Origin: Gemmatimonadota bacterium
Lineage (GTDB): Bacteria; Gemmatimonadota; Gemmatimonadetes; Gemmatimonadales; GWC2-71-9
Length of the DNA stretch: 64,000 bases
Reading direction: 5' to 3'
Assembly (NCBI GenBank): GCA_037440225.1
Contig: JBBIUN010000013.1
Span: 10,936 to 74,935, forward strand
Of the stretch, positions 6,762-16,993 are shown piece by piece. The position numbers and the translations under genes were made by a program. The first letter of the stretch is position 1. Each line of letters starts with the position of its first letter. The notes below the pieces were generated by a model. The model did no database searches. It saw only the letters and a program-made list of their open reading frames with translations, and was not told the origin of the DNA.

Positions 6762-7187
6762 GTGAATAGCAGAAGAATCATACTCGCGGGACTTGCCGGG
6801 ACCTTCGTGATGACCCTGCTCATGTTGATGGCGCCTCTCATGGGTATGCCGAAAATGCCCATCGGGGACATGCTGGGGCAGTTCCTGCACATCGGCCCGG
6901 TGGCCGGGTGGGTCATGCATTTCGTGATCGGCATCGTGCTGGCCGCCATCTACGCGGCGCTCTTTGCCGCTCGCCTGCCTGGGTCCGCTCCGGTGCGAGG
7001 CGCCCTGTACGGCGCCGGCGTCTTCGTGGTGGCCCAGGTCGCGGTCACGCCCATGATGGGAGGCGGCGTGTTTTCGGGCGGCAACATGCCGGTCATCGCC
7101 GGCAGCCTCATCGGGCATCTCGTCTATGGCGGCATCGTGGGCGGGCTGTACGGTCGCCCCGAAGAGCGCCGGCCGGCGTTAGCCTAG
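6762..7187 (+). CDS. Small integral membrane protein (about 4 TM helices), family not recognised
   Basis: GTG 6762 follows AGAGGATACG. Sequence runs VNSRRIILAGLAGTFVMTLLML...GWVMHFVIGIVLAAIYAALF...VFVVAQVAVTPMMGGG...AGSLIGHLVYGGIVGGLYG. The 5' part of listed ORF 6606.. is the repeat region and is not considered coding. Confidence 0.7.
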   Translation: MNSRRIILAGLAGTFVMTLLMLMAPLMGMPKMPIGDMLGQFLHIGPVAGWVMHFVIGIVLAAIYAALFAARLPGSAPVRGALYGAGVFVVAQVAVTPMMGGGVFSGGNMPVIAGSLIGHLVYGGIVGGLYGRPEERRPALA

Positions 7188-7263
7188 CGCCGAGTCGGGC
7201 GGCGTTGCTGGTTCCGTGTACCTTGTTACTCCTTTCTTACTCTTTACTCTCCAAGGAGGAAGC

Positions 7264-7659
7264 ATGTTGAAGCGCATTCTTTCCATCGCCGGCACCGGGG
7301 CGTTGATGGCCCTGGCGATGCCGGTCACCGCGCGGGCGCAGCAGATGGCCATGGGCAAGGAGCCCAAGGGCGTCGAAAAGACGATCACGGGCACCGTGAT
7401 TGACGTCTCCTGCAAGTTTCGGCACGGTCTCTCCGGCGCGGATCATGCCATGTGTGCCCAGGTGTGCGCCGACAAGGGCATCCCGCTCGCCATTCTCGGT
7501 ACCGACGGCAAACTCTACGTCCCGGTCAGTGCCGGCATGCCTGGTGAGGGCTCCAACGCCCAGTTGAAGCCGCACGCGGAACACAAGGTGACCGTCAAGG
7601 GCACGGTGTTCGAGGCCGGCGGCGCGAACGCCATTCAGATCGCCAGCATCAGCATGTAG
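7264..7659 (+). CDS. Small secreted protein with three Cys, unknown function
   Basis: ATG 7264 follows CCAAGGAGGAAGC. Signal peptide is MLKRILSIAGTGALMALAMPVTARAQQ. The mature part carries C-x11-C-x3-C (VSCKFRHGLSGADHAMCAQVC). Confidence 0.75.
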   Translation: MLKRILSIAGTGALMALAMPVTARAQQMAMGKEPKGVEKTITGTVIDVSCKFRHGLSGADHAMCAQVCADKGIPLAILGTDGKLYVPVSAGMPGEGSNAQLKPHAEHKVTVKGTVFEAGGANAIQIASISM

Positions 7660-7737
7660 CTCGAGGGGCAGCCGGTCGCGCTCCCGGCGTGGGGTCGCGA
7701 CCGGCCGGCTCGAACCCGGGCGCAACCTGCCGACGTC

Positions 7738-9360
7738 ATGCTCCCTCAACCTGGTACCGTCACCAACCGGCAACGCGGCCTTCGGCCCGTGGTTCGGGCC
7801 GTGCTGCTCCTGGGAGGGGCCGGTGTCGCCTGGGCGCTGTTCGGTCCCAGCGCCGGGCCACCCCGCCGAGGGCCGATCGCCATCCGGGTCGCCCGCAGCA
7901 AGCCCGTCACCGAGTTCCAATCCGGTGGAGTGCGGCACGTATTGGCGCCCGGAGCGCCGGAAGAGTTGGTACTGGACACAGTCTTCCCCACGCGGCCGGT
8001 CCGGCTCTTGTGGTTCCAAGGCCGCGCCGCTGCCCCCTTGCCGGATGGCGGCTCGGCGGTGCTGGACGGGGCAGGTGGCGTTATCCTGTTCACCCCCCGG
8101 CTGGGGCAGAGCCGGCCGCCGCTCGACGAAGGGCGGGACGTCGTGAGCGTCGCGGCCACCAGGCACGACCTGTGGTTCAGTGACGCCGATGGCATGCTCC
8201 TCCGATGGGACGGAGGAGGTCGGATGGCGCCCGCGCCACCTTCAGCCATTCGGTACCCGGCCGTGGCGGCCGACCCGCGGCGCGACGACCTCTGGCTGGT
8301 GCGCCGGCCAGGGTACTGGGAGTACCGGTTGCCCGACGCCGGGGCCCGGCTCTTGGCTCGCCTGCACGGAGCAGGCGCCCCGCTCGGAGGCGTGGGAGCC
8401 ATGATCGTCCCGCAGGAGATGCTGCTTTTCGAGTTCGCCAACGCGGGCCATATTGCCGTCGCCGGAGACACGGTGTACTTCGCCCCGTTCCTGCGCGATC
8501 AGATCATCGCCTACTCGGCCGCGGGGGACACCCTGTGGGTCACCAGGAGGGAGCTGGCTCAGGACACTCCCCAGCCGCGCTTCGTGCTCGCCGGCCGCAC
8601 GGCGCAGCTGGACTATCACCCGGTCAACCTGGGCATCGTCGTGGGACCGGACGATCGGCTCTACGTACTGAGTACCCCCGGGTTCACTACGACGGAGGCC
8701 CGCCTCGATGTCCTGGATCGGTTCAGCGGGCACCCGCTCCGATCGGTCCACCTGACCGACGCCTTGCCGACGCTTGCGGCCGATCAAACGGGCCGGGTCT
8801 ACGAGCTGAACCCGTTCCGGTTGCTCACCGGTACCGATCCCGCACACCGGCTGCCGTTTGCCGCATTCGACCTCGAGCAGCGTTCCGGCGGCCGCATGAC
8901 ACTCGACTCGTTGAACGGGTCGGTCACGCTCATCAACTTCTGGGCCAGTTGGTGCGGTCCCTGCCGCAGCGAAATGCCCGCCCTCGACAGCTTGCGCCGA
9001 GAGGTGTCTCATCCGGACTTTCGCTTCGTCACCATGAATGAAGATGTGAGCCGCGAAGCCGCCGAGGCCTTCCTGCGAGAGTTCGGCTTCGATTTCCCCG
9101 TCTTGTGGGGCGGCGGGCGCCTGCGGGCCACGTATCACTATACCGGGCTTCCCTTCACCGTCTTGCTCGATCGCCGGGGACGCGTGGTCCAGCGCTGGCT
9201 GGGCTTTGCCGGACCCCGGCAAATCCAGGCCGTGCGGGCCCTGATCCGTGCCGAACTGGAGCGCCTCCCATCGGCCGCGGACCCATCACCTCACGCCGGA
9301 CATCAGGCGGCGTCCCCGGGCCCGTCGTCGCCCGCCGAACCGCACCGCCACCAGCACTAG
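7738..9360 (+). CDS. Membrane-anchored protein with a large N-terminal (propeller-like?) domain fused to a C-terminal TlpA-type thioredoxin domain
   Basis: TM helix VVRAVLLLGGAGVAWALFG. The C-terminus carries LINFWASWCGPCRSEMPALDSL...GLPFTVLLDRRGRVV. Confidence 0.85.
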   Translation: MLPQPGTVTNRQRGLRPVVRAVLLLGGAGVAWALFGPSAGPPRRGPIAIRVARSKPVTEFQSGGVRHVLAPGAPEELVLDTVFPTRPVRLLWFQGRAAAPLPDGGSAVLDGAGGVILFTPRLGQSRPPLDEGRDVVSVAATRHDLWFSDADGMLLRWDGGGRMAPAPPSAIRYPAVAADPRRDDLWLVRRPGYWEYRLPDAGARLLARLHGAGAPLGGVGAMIVPQEMLLFEFANAGHIAVAGDTVYFAPFLRDQIIAYSAAGDTLWVTRRELAQDTPQPRFVLAGRTAQLDYHPVNLGIVVGPDDRLYVLSTPGFTTTEARLDVLDRFSGHPLRSVHLTDALPTLAADQTGRVYELNPFRLLTGTDPAHRLPFAAFDLEQRSGGRMTLDSLNGSVTLINFWASWCGPCRSEMPALDSLRREVSHPDFRFVTMNEDVSREAAEAFLREFGFDFPVLWGGGRLRATYHYTGLPFTVLLDRRGRVVQRWLGFAGPRQIQAVRALIRAELERLPSAADPSPHAGHQAASPGPSSPAEPHRHQH

Positions 9361-9485
9361 CCGCCCGCGCCACGCGGGCCTTCGCGAGCGCCCTCTTGAC
9401 GAGCGCGGGGCGGGCGCGCTTGATATCCAGCAGCCTGCGGAACGTCCCGACTGTCCGGTCTCACATTCAGTGACGAGGTGCCGAC

Positions 9486-12308
9486 ATGACGCAGTCCATC
9501 CGACGGCGGAACGCGGCGACCGTGCTGGCGGCCGCCATGCTGTTCGCCGGGTCCCCGGCGCTCGCCCAGGGGGCCAAGATCACCACACCGAAGGAAGCCC
9601 TGGGCTTCGACCTCGGTGATGACTACCACATGGCTAGTTACCGGCAGCTCGAGACCTACTGGAAAACGCTCGATGCCGAATCCGATCGCATGACCCTGGT
9701 GGACATCGGCCCCACCGCCGAGGGGCGGCGGCAATACATGGCCGTGATCACCTCGCCGGAAAACCAGCGCAAGCTGGATCGCTACCGCGAGATTGCCCGT
9801 CGCCTGGCGCTGGGTGAAGGGCTGACGGACGACGAGGCTCGGGCGTTGGCCCGGGAAGGCCGAGCCGTGGTGTGGATTGACGGCGGGCTTCATGCCAGCG
9901 AGACCGTCGGGTCCCAGCAGCTCATGGAGACGGTCTATCAGATGGTGAGTCGCTCCGATCCAGAGACGTTGCGCTTCCTCAATGACGACATCCTGCTCGC
10001 CGTTCAAGCCAACCCGGACGGCCAGGATCTCGTGGCGGACTGGTACATGCGCGAACCCGACCCCGCCAAGCGCTCCCTGCTCAACCTGCCGCGGCTCTAT
10101 CACAAGTACATCGGGCATGACAACAATCGCGACTTCTTCATCGCCAACATGCCCGAAACCCAGAACATGAACCGCATCATGTTCCGGGAGTGGTTTCCCC
10201 AAATCGTCTACAACCACCACCAGCCGGGGTTCAACGCCACCGGTGGGGTGATCTTCATGCCGCCGTTCCGCGATCCCTTCAATTACCGCTTCGACCCGCT
10301 GATTCCCCTGGAAATCGAGCAGGTCGGCGCCGCCATGCACGCGCGGCTGGTAGCCCACGGCATGCCGGGCTCCGGCATGCGCAGCTTCTCGAGCTATTCG
10401 ACCTGGTGGAACGGCGGCCTGCGCACCATCGGCTACTTCCACAACGTGATCGGGCTGCTCACCGAGATCATCGGCAATCCCACCCCGATCGAGATTCCCC
10501 TGATCCCCGAGCGCCAGTTGCCGAGCGGCGACTTGCCCTACCCGGTGCCGCCGCAGCTGTGGCATTACCGCCAATCCATTGACTACGACGTGGAAAACAA
10601 TCGGGCCGTCTTGGATTGGGCCTCGCGCAACCGCGAGACCTTGCTGTACAACATGTACGTCAAAGCCAAGCGCGCGATCGAGGCGGGAAGCCGCGACTCC
10701 TGGACCATTACGCCCCGGCGCATCGAGGCCTTGCGGCGAGCGGGCCAGGAGGCGTCGGGACAGCGCGCCGGTTCCCGGCAGCTCCCCGCCGAACTCTACC
10801 AGCGCGTCCTGCACGATCCCCGGTATCGGGACCCGCGGGGCTATATCCTGCCCGCGGACCAGCCCGACTTCGCCACCGCCACCAAGTTCGTGAACGCGCT
10901 GTTCAAGGCCGGCGTCACCGTGCTCCGGGCCACGGCACCGTTCGAGGTGGGCGGCAAGCGCTATCCGGCCGGCTCCTATGTGGTGAAGACGGCGCAGGCC
11001 TATCGGGCTCATGTCCTGGACATGTTCGAACCCCAGGACCACCCCCACGACTTCCGCTATCCCGGCGGTCCGCCCATCCCGCCGTACGACATCACCGGCT
11101 GGACCCTGGCGATGCAAATGGGGGTCCGTTACGACCGGATCCTCGACGGTTTTGACGGGCCCTTCGTCCCCCTGGTGTCTCCAGCGTCTCCGCCACCCGG
11201 CCGACTGACCGGCCCGGCGAACCCCGCAGGCTACCTGGTGAGCCATCGTACCAACGACCAATTCATCCTGGTCAACCGCCTGCTGGCGGCCAAGATCCCG
11301 GTCTACTGGCTGAGCGGCGAGCAAACGGCCGAGGGCGACTCGCTGGGGACGGGCGCCATCTGGATCCCCTCCGCCCCGGCCGCCCGCCCCATTCTGGAGC
11401 GCGCCGCCCGGGAACTGGGTCTCACGGTCCACGGCGTGGCGCAGGGGCCGGAAGCCGCGGCTCTGGCGCTCAAGGCGCCGCGCATCGGCGTGGTGGACCT
11501 GTACGGCGGCCTCATGCCCACGGGGTGGACCCGCTGGCTCTTCGAGCAGTACGAGTTTCCCCACGAGATCGTCTATCCTCAGACGCTGGACGCCGGCAAC
11601 CTCAACGCCAAGTACGACGTGCTGGTTTTCCCCGATGGGGCGTTTCGCCGCGCCCGGGCCGCGAGCGCGGCCGGAGAGATGCGCGGCGGCAGCGCCGAAG
11701 GCACCGGCGGCCCCGATCCGATGACCATCCCCGCCGAGTACCGCGGCTGGCTGGGCCGAGTGAGCGAAGAGAAGACGGTGCCTCAGCTCCGGCGCTTCGT
11801 CGAAGCGGGAGGCACCCTGCTCGCCATCGGCAGCTCGACCGACTTGGGGGAGTTGCTCGGCCTGCCGGTCGCGAACCATCTGACCGAAATGGGGCCCGAC
11901 GGCTCCGAGCGCCCCCTGCCGCCTGAAAAATTCTACATCCCGGGTTCGCTCCTGCGGGTGGAGGTCAATCCCAACCACCCGCTCGCCTACGGCATGGCGA
12001 AAGAAGCCACCGTGGTATTCGACAACAGCCCGGTCTTTCGCCTGCTCCCCGACGCCGCGCTACGACGCACCACCGCGGTAGCTTGGTTTGCCGGCACGCA
12101 CCTGCTGCAGAGCGGCTGGGCTTGGGGCGAGCCGTATCTGGACGGCGGCGCCGCCATCGTGGCATCTTCCCTCGGCGCCGGCAAGGTGATCCTGCTGGGA
12201 CCTGAGGTTGCCTTCCGCGGGCAACCGCACGGCACGTTCAAGTTGTTGTTCAACGGCGTGCTGTGGGGATCGGCCGGCGCAGCGCCTCCCGGGCCCGTGT
12301 CTCCTTGA
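9486..12308 (+). CDS. Secreted M14-family metallocarboxypeptidase-like protein (large, 940 aa)
   Basis: Signal peptide present. Zn-ligand HxxE in WIDGGLHASETVG, plus NPDGQDL and GHDNNRDFF motifs. Confidence 0.85.
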   Translation: MTQSIRRRNAATVLAAAMLFAGSPALAQGAKITTPKEALGFDLGDDYHMASYRQLETYWKTLDAESDRMTLVDIGPTAEGRRQYMAVITSPENQRKLDRYREIARRLALGEGLTDDEARALAREGRAVVWIDGGLHASETVGSQQLMETVYQMVSRSDPETLRFLNDDILLAVQANPDGQDLVADWYMREPDPAKRSLLNLPRLYHKYIGHDNNRDFFIANMPETQNMNRIMFREWFPQIVYNHHQPGFNATGGVIFMPPFRDPFNYRFDPLIPLEIEQVGAAMHARLVAHGMPGSGMRSFSSYSTWWNGGLRTIGYFHNVIGLLTEIIGNPTPIEIPLIPERQLPSGDLPYPVPPQLWHYRQSIDYDVENNRAVLDWASRNRETLLYNMYVKAKRAIEAGSRDSWTITPRRIEALRRAGQEASGQRAGSRQLPAELYQRVLHDPRYRDPRGYILPADQPDFATATKFVNALFKAGVTVLRATAPFEVGGKRYPAGSYVVKTAQAYRAHVLDMFEPQDHPHDFRYPGGPPIPPYDITGWTLAMQMGVRYDRILDGFDGPFVPLVSPASPPPGRLTGPANPAGYLVSHRTNDQFILVNRLLAAKIPVYWLSGEQTAEGDSLGTGAIWIPSAPAARPILERAARELGLTVHGVAQGPEAAALALKAPRIGVVDLYGGLMPTGWTRWLFEQYEFPHEIVYPQTLDAGNLNAKYDVLVFPDGAFRRARAASAAGEMRGGSAEGTGGPDPMTIPAEYRGWLGRVSEEKTVPQLRRFVEAGGTLLAIGSSTDLGELLGLPVANHLTEMGPDGSERPLPPEKFYIPGSLLRVEVNPNHPLAYGMAKEATVVFDNSPVFRLLPDAALRRTTAVAWFAGTHLLQSGWAWGEPYLDGGAAIVASSLGAGKVILLGPEVAFRGQPHGTFKLLFNGVLWGSAGAAPPGPVSP

Positions 12309-12377
12309 ACCGGTCACCAGCGGACCGGAAGCCTGGTCGAAGAAGCCCTGATGTGAACCTTTTCTCGGAGGCATAAC

Positions 12378-13196
12378 GTGAAGCGATCCCTCCTCGCATC
12401 CCCCGTGGCGCTTGCCGCGGTTGCCCTTGGCGCACTGCTCAACAGCCCGGCCAACGCGCAGGTGACCTCGTCCATTCCGGACGCCATCGTGGGCAAAGCC
12501 CCACCCCCTTCGGGCCAGCCGGTCCGATACCTCCCCGGCGACTCGCTCACCCGAGGCTACTTGGCGGTTCCCAAGGGCCAGGGCCCCTTCCCCGCACTGA
12601 TCCTCATTCACGAGTGGAACGGCTTGGTGGACCGGGTGCGGCAGGTGGCGGACGCCTTCGCGGCCCACGGTTACGTCGCCCTGGCCGCCGATCTCTACCA
12701 CGGTCGCACCGGGAGCAGCCCGGAGGAAAACCGCCGCTTGGCCACGGAAACGCGGAGCAACATGGCGGCCGTCATCGCCAACCTGGACGCGGCGCAGCGC
12801 TTCCTGCGGGCCCGCCCCGACGTGACCGGCAAAGTGGGCGTCATGGGATGGTGCTTTGGCGGCGGGGTGGCCTTGAGCTACGCCTTGGGCGGCGCCCGCC
12901 ACGACGCCACCGCCATGTTCTATGGCTCGCTCATCACGGACCCGGCCGAACTCCGCAGGCTGAGCCACCCGATCTACGGCACGTTCGCCGGCCAAGATCA
13001 GGGCATTCCCCCCGACCAAGTCAAGCGCTTCGCCGCCGTCTTGGACTCGCTGGGCATCTCCAACGACATCCACATCTACGACGGTGTAGGCCACGGCTTC
13101 TGGCTCTACGTGGACCAGGACCCTGCCGCTCGGCAACAGCCGGCGCAGGATGCTTGGGACCGACTGATGCGGTTTTTCGCGCGGGTACTGCGCTAG
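12378..13196 (+). CDS. Dienelactone hydrolase family protein (secreted)
   Basis: Signal peptide present. Carries LILIHEWNGL, nucleophile elbow MGWCFGGG, and HGF near the C-terminus. Confidence 0.85.
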   Translation: MKRSLLASPVALAAVALGALLNSPANAQVTSSIPDAIVGKAPPPSGQPVRYLPGDSLTRGYLAVPKGQGPFPALILIHEWNGLVDRVRQVADAFAAHGYVALAADLYHGRTGSSPEENRRLATETRSNMAAVIANLDAAQRFLRARPDVTGKVGVMGWCFGGGVALSYALGGARHDATAMFYGSLITDPAELRRLSHPIYGTFAGQDQGIPPDQVKRFAAVLDSLGISNDIHIYDGVGHGFWLYVDQDPAARQQPAQDAWDRLMRFFARVLR

Positions 13197-13262
13197 CGGC
13201 CCGCCGGGCGGCGGGGGGAGGCGGGCGCGGGGCGGTGCCCCGGCGCCGCGCCGGCCTCCCGC

Positions 13263-14579
13263 TCACATCTGATCGAGCCTGAGCACCGTTTGCAGCAGCA
13301 CGTTGGCTCCGTTGGTCACGTCCTCGGGCTTGGTGAACTCCGCGGGCGAGTGGCTGATGCCCTTGACCGACGGGACGAAGATCATGCCCATGGGGCAAAT
13401 CCGGGCCAAGTCCTGCGCATCGTGGCCCGCGCCGCTGGGCATGAGCTGGCTGGTCAAGCCCAGATCGCGCACCGCTTCGGCGATCGTTCGACGAATCCGG
13501 GGATCCGAGAGGGCGGCCTCGTTGGAGTGCTGCTTGAAGAAGGTGAACGTGGTCCCGTACTTGGCCGTGATGGCCTGGAGTTCGCCGTAGATCTCGTTCC
13601 AGAGCGACTCGATGGTCTCCATGGAGAGATCCCGGAGTTCCACCGTGAGCTGCACCTCGCCCGGGATCACGTTGGGCGCTCCGGGCTTCACGATGAGGCG
13701 GCCCACCGTGCCCACCTGGCGTCCGGGGCGGGCGCGCACGATCCGATCCACGGCGAGCACCAGTTCCGCCGCCGCGAGCAACGCGTTCCGGCGCTGATCC
13801 ATGGGGGTGGTGCCGGCGTGGTTGGCAAAGCCCGTGATGGTCACGTCGTAATGGTCGATGCCGACGATTCCTTCCACGATGCCGATCTGGATGCCCTCGC
13901 GATCCAAGATGCCACCCTGCTCGATGTGCAGCTCGAGGTAGGCGGCCACGCTGCCAGGAGCGTGCTTGGCCTCGGCTATCCGCGTCGGGTCTCCCCCGAT
14001 CCGCCTGATCTTCTCCATCAGGGGAACGCCGTCGCGGCCCGGCGCCCGCAACTCCTCGTCGCTCAAGTCGCCGATGAACCCCCGGCTCCCCGTCAGGCCG
14101 CTTTCCTCATCGGCCCAGATCACCACCTCCAGCGGATGGCGATTCCGGTAACCCCGCTCCCCCAAAGTCTGGGCCACCTCGATGGCCGAGAGCGATCCCA
14201 CGTCGCCGTCGTAGTTGCCTCCCTCGGGCACCGAGTCAATGTGCGAGCCGAAGAGCAAGGGCAAAGCGTCCGGCAGCGTGCCCTCCCGGCGGCCCAGGAT
14301 GTTGCCCGCCGGATCCACCCGCACCGAGAGGCCCGCCGCTCGCATCAGGTCCATCGCGTAGGCCCGGCCCTCGATGTCCGCCTGACTGTACGCCACGCGG
14401 GAGACCCCGCCTTGGGGGTTGCGCCCAAAGCGCGACAGCTCGGCCAAATGGCGGTTGACGCGCTCTCCGTTCACCCGCCAGGCCCGCCAGTCGGCCTGAG
14501 CGCCGACTGTCGGACCTCCCAGCAGGGCCACGGTGCCCCACGCTGCCCGCTCGACAAATTGCCGCCGGTCCATGTCCAC
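13263..14579 (-). CDS. M20-family amidase (allantoate amidohydrolase / N-carbamoyl-L-amino-acid hydrolase type) with Tat-like signal
   Basis: MDMDRRQFVERAAWGTVALLGG is a twin-arginine motif. Carries GSHIDSVPEGGNYDG and ELHIEQG motifs. Confidence 0.85.
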   Translation of the reverse strand: MDMDRRQFVERAAWGTVALLGGPTVGAQADWRAWRVNGERVNRHLAELSRFGRNPQGGVSRVAYSQADIEGRAYAMDLMRAAGLSVRVDPAGNILGRREGTLPDALPLLFGSHIDSVPEGGNYDGDVGSLSAIEVAQTLGERGYRNRHPLEVVIWADEESGLTGSRGFIGDLSDEELRAPGRDGVPLMEKIRRIGGDPTRIAEAKHAPGSVAAYLELHIEQGGILDREGIQIGIVEGIVGIDHYDVTITGFANHAGTTPMDQRRNALLAAAELVLAVDRIVRARPGRQVGTVGRLIVKPGAPNVIPGEVQLTVELRDLSMETIESLWNEIYGELQAITAKYGTTFTFFKQHSNEAALSDPRIRRTIAEAVRDLGLTSQLMPSGAGHDAQDLARICPMGMIFVPSVKGISHSPAEFTKPEDVTNGANVLLQTVLRLDQM

Positions 14580-14588
14580 CGATCCCTC

Positions 14589-16946
14589 CTAGGGCGCAGG
14601 CGGCGGCGCGATGCGATAATCCGCCGGCGGCCGCTGGCCCAACAAGTGCTCGACGAAATAGTCCCAGGTTCGCCGAATGACGTAGGGATGCTGCGTAAGA
14701 TCGTGGTTCGCGTCCGGAAGGATCAAGAAGTCGAACGTCTTGTTCGCCTTGATCAGGGCATCCACGAGCTGGATGGTGGTGGCCGGGTGGACGTTGTCGT
14801 CCATGTCTCCATGGATCAAGAACAGGTGCCCCGCAAGCTGAGGCGCGAGGCTCTTGTTCGCCTGGTTCTCGTAGTTGTCGCTCTGGCGCAGCGTGTCCCG
14901 GACCAGCAAGCCCTGGAAGCGCTCGCCCCAGCCATAGTAGTAGCTGCGATTGTCGTGGTTGCCGGAGGTGGAGACCGCCACCTTGTAAAAGTCCGGATAC
15001 CGCAGCAGCGCGTCCGTGGAGGCGAACCCGCCACCGGAGTGCCCGTAAATACCCACGCGGTCGAGGTCGAGTTGGGGCATGCGCGCCGCCAGTTGCTCGA
15101 GGGCCGCGATGTGGTCGGGGATGCCGTTATCGCCCATGTTGCCGTACCAGGTGGTCTCCACGGCCTTGGACCGCCCCACGTTGCCCAGCGCGTCGAGTTC
15201 CACCACCACGAACCCCAGCTCCGCGATCGCTTGGACCTGACCGAACGTCGAGTACGACAACCCCGGCCCACGGGTGGGATAGAACTCCTTGGCGGCGGGG
15301 CTGATCAAGGGACCGGGATAGATGTGGTCGAGCACGGGGTATTTCTTGGTCGAATCGAAATGACTCGGCTTCCAGAGCACCCCGGTGAGGTCCGTGACCC
15401 CGTCGCGCGCCTTGACCGTGAACGGCTCTCCGGGCCGCCAGCCCAAGGCTTCGAGCGCCGAGATGTCCGCTCGCTCCAGGGTGGCCGTCACCTGCCCCGC
15501 CGCCGGCCGCAGCACCGTAACGGGCGCCTGATTGACCCGCGAGTAGGTGTCCAGGAACACCCGGGCGCCGGGAATGCGCGTGATCCGATGGTAGGCATCC
15601 TCGGGACTGAGCAGCGCGAGGCCCGCACCGTCCAGGCCCACGCTGTAGAGGTGCAGATAGTCGGGGTGCCGTCCCGGCTCCCGGCCGTGGGCGGTGAAAA
15701 AGAGACGCCCCGTCGTCTCATCCACGCTGATCAGGTTCGCCACCACCCACGGGCCGCTGGTGAGCTGCCGCTGGAGCACGCCATCCCACCCGAAGCGGTA
15801 GAGATGCCCGAACCCGTCGCGCTGGGAGAACCAGATCACGTCGCCGTTGCGCAGGACCGCCCAATTCCGGTTTCCCCCGCTCAGCAGGTCCACGTTGCCG
15901 ATCACGTAGGTCTTGCTGCTGTCGGCCAGCACCAGCCGAGTCTGGCCGGTCGCGGCATCGGCTTCGAGCAGCCGGACCCGCTTGGGCCCCCGGTCCACGT
16001 GCGTGAAGTAGATCCGATCCGACGCCGCGCCCCAGACCAAGGGCGGGCTCGCCGCGTCGCGGAAGTCGTAATACGACTGCGCCGATTGCGGGGGCGCGTT
16101 CACCCGCACCACGCTCCGCGCCGCGACGTCCACCACGTACACCTCGGACCGCGGCACCGCCGAGTCGCCGGGCAGGGCGTAGGGATAGGCAAAGTGCTTG
16201 GGCCGCTGCGAGGTGAACGAAATCAAGTCTATGTCGGCCACCTGCCGCTCATCGAAGCGCAGCACCGCCAGCCGTTTGGCATCGGGCGACCAGACGATGG
16301 CGGGACGCGCAAACTGCTTCCGGATGATCTGGGTGGGACGAGGCGTGGGCTCGCCGTAACCGTAGCGCGGTGAGCCGTCCTGCGTGAGCTGGATGGAGTC
16401 GCCGCCGCCTGGAGGCCGAATCCAGACGTTGTAACCCGAGACGAACGCGTCCCAGCGGTCGTCAGGCGACCGGACCAGTCGCGTAGGATCCGGCAGCGTA
16501 TCCGTCACGCTGCATTGATAGGCCGTGATGTCGCACCGGAAGCCCCGCTTGCCTACCGTCACCCGAATCGCGGCCTCGTTGCGGCCATCCTCATCGAACG
16601 CGAAGGTCCGGAAGGGCAGCTTGACCGGATCGAAGGCGGTATCCCCGGCGAGCGATAGCGCCGCGGCCAGCTTGGCATTGTCCCACAGCAGCGCGCGGGT
16701 GCCCGCCAAGGGATTGACCGTGACGAACTCCTCGCCACGCGGCGTGTGCACCCGATACCAGAACCGCGTGCTGTCGCGGTAGAAGGTGGGCGCCACCTGA
16801 TCGTGATAGATCTGCCGCAGCAGGTTCCAGCTCAGGAACTGCTCGGCACGATGATAGTCGGGCTGTTGGGCCCCGGCGGCCCCCGTCCAGAGCCACCAGG
16901 CCGCCTGCCAGGCCCAAGCGAGACCCGTCCGTCTCCCCATGTGCAT
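14589..16946 (-). CDS. S9-family dipeptidyl-peptidase IV-like serine peptidase
   Basis: N-terminal DPP-IV propeller region followed by GIYGHSGGGF (GxSxGG). ATG 16944-16946 follows AAGGGGG. The listed start 17465 overlaps the neighbouring gene. Confidence 0.9.
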   Translation of the reverse strand: MHMGRRTGLAWAWQAAWWLWTGAAGAQQPDYHRAEQFLSWNLLRQIYHDQVAPTFYRDSTRFWYRVHTPRGEEFVTVNPLAGTRALLWDNAKLAAALSLAGDTAFDPVKLPFRTFAFDEDGRNEAAIRVTVGKRGFRCDITAYQCSVTDTLPDPTRLVRSPDDRWDAFVSGYNVWIRPPGGGDSIQLTQDGSPRYGYGEPTPRPTQIIRKQFARPAIVWSPDAKRLAVLRFDERQVADIDLISFTSQRPKHFAYPYALPGDSAVPRSEVYVVDVAARSVVRVNAPPQSAQSYYDFRDAASPPLVWGAASDRIYFTHVDRGPKRVRLLEADAATGQTRLVLADSSKTYVIGNVDLLSGGNRNWAVLRNGDVIWFSQRDGFGHLYRFGWDGVLQRQLTSGPWVVANLISVDETTGRLFFTAHGREPGRHPDYLHLYSVGLDGAGLALLSPEDAYHRITRIPGARVFLDTYSRVNQAPVTVLRPAAGQVTATLERADISALEALGWRPGEPFTVKARDGVTDLTGVLWKPSHFDSTKKYPVLDHIYPGPLISPAAKEFYPTRGPGLSYSTFGQVQAIAELGFVVVELDALGNVGRSKAVETTWYGNMGDNGIPDHIAALEQLAARMPQLDLDRVGIYGHSGGGFASTDALLRYPDFYKVAVSTSGNHDNRSYYYGWGERFQGLLVRDTLRQSDNYENQANKSLAPQLAGHLFLIHGDMDDNVHPATTIQLVDALIKANKTFDFLILPDANHDLTQHPYVIRRTWDYFVEHLLGQRPPADYRIAPPPAP

Positions 16947-16993
16947 GATGCCCCCTTGCGGGTTGCGGAGAACCGCTGCCGAGTCGCCGGACG

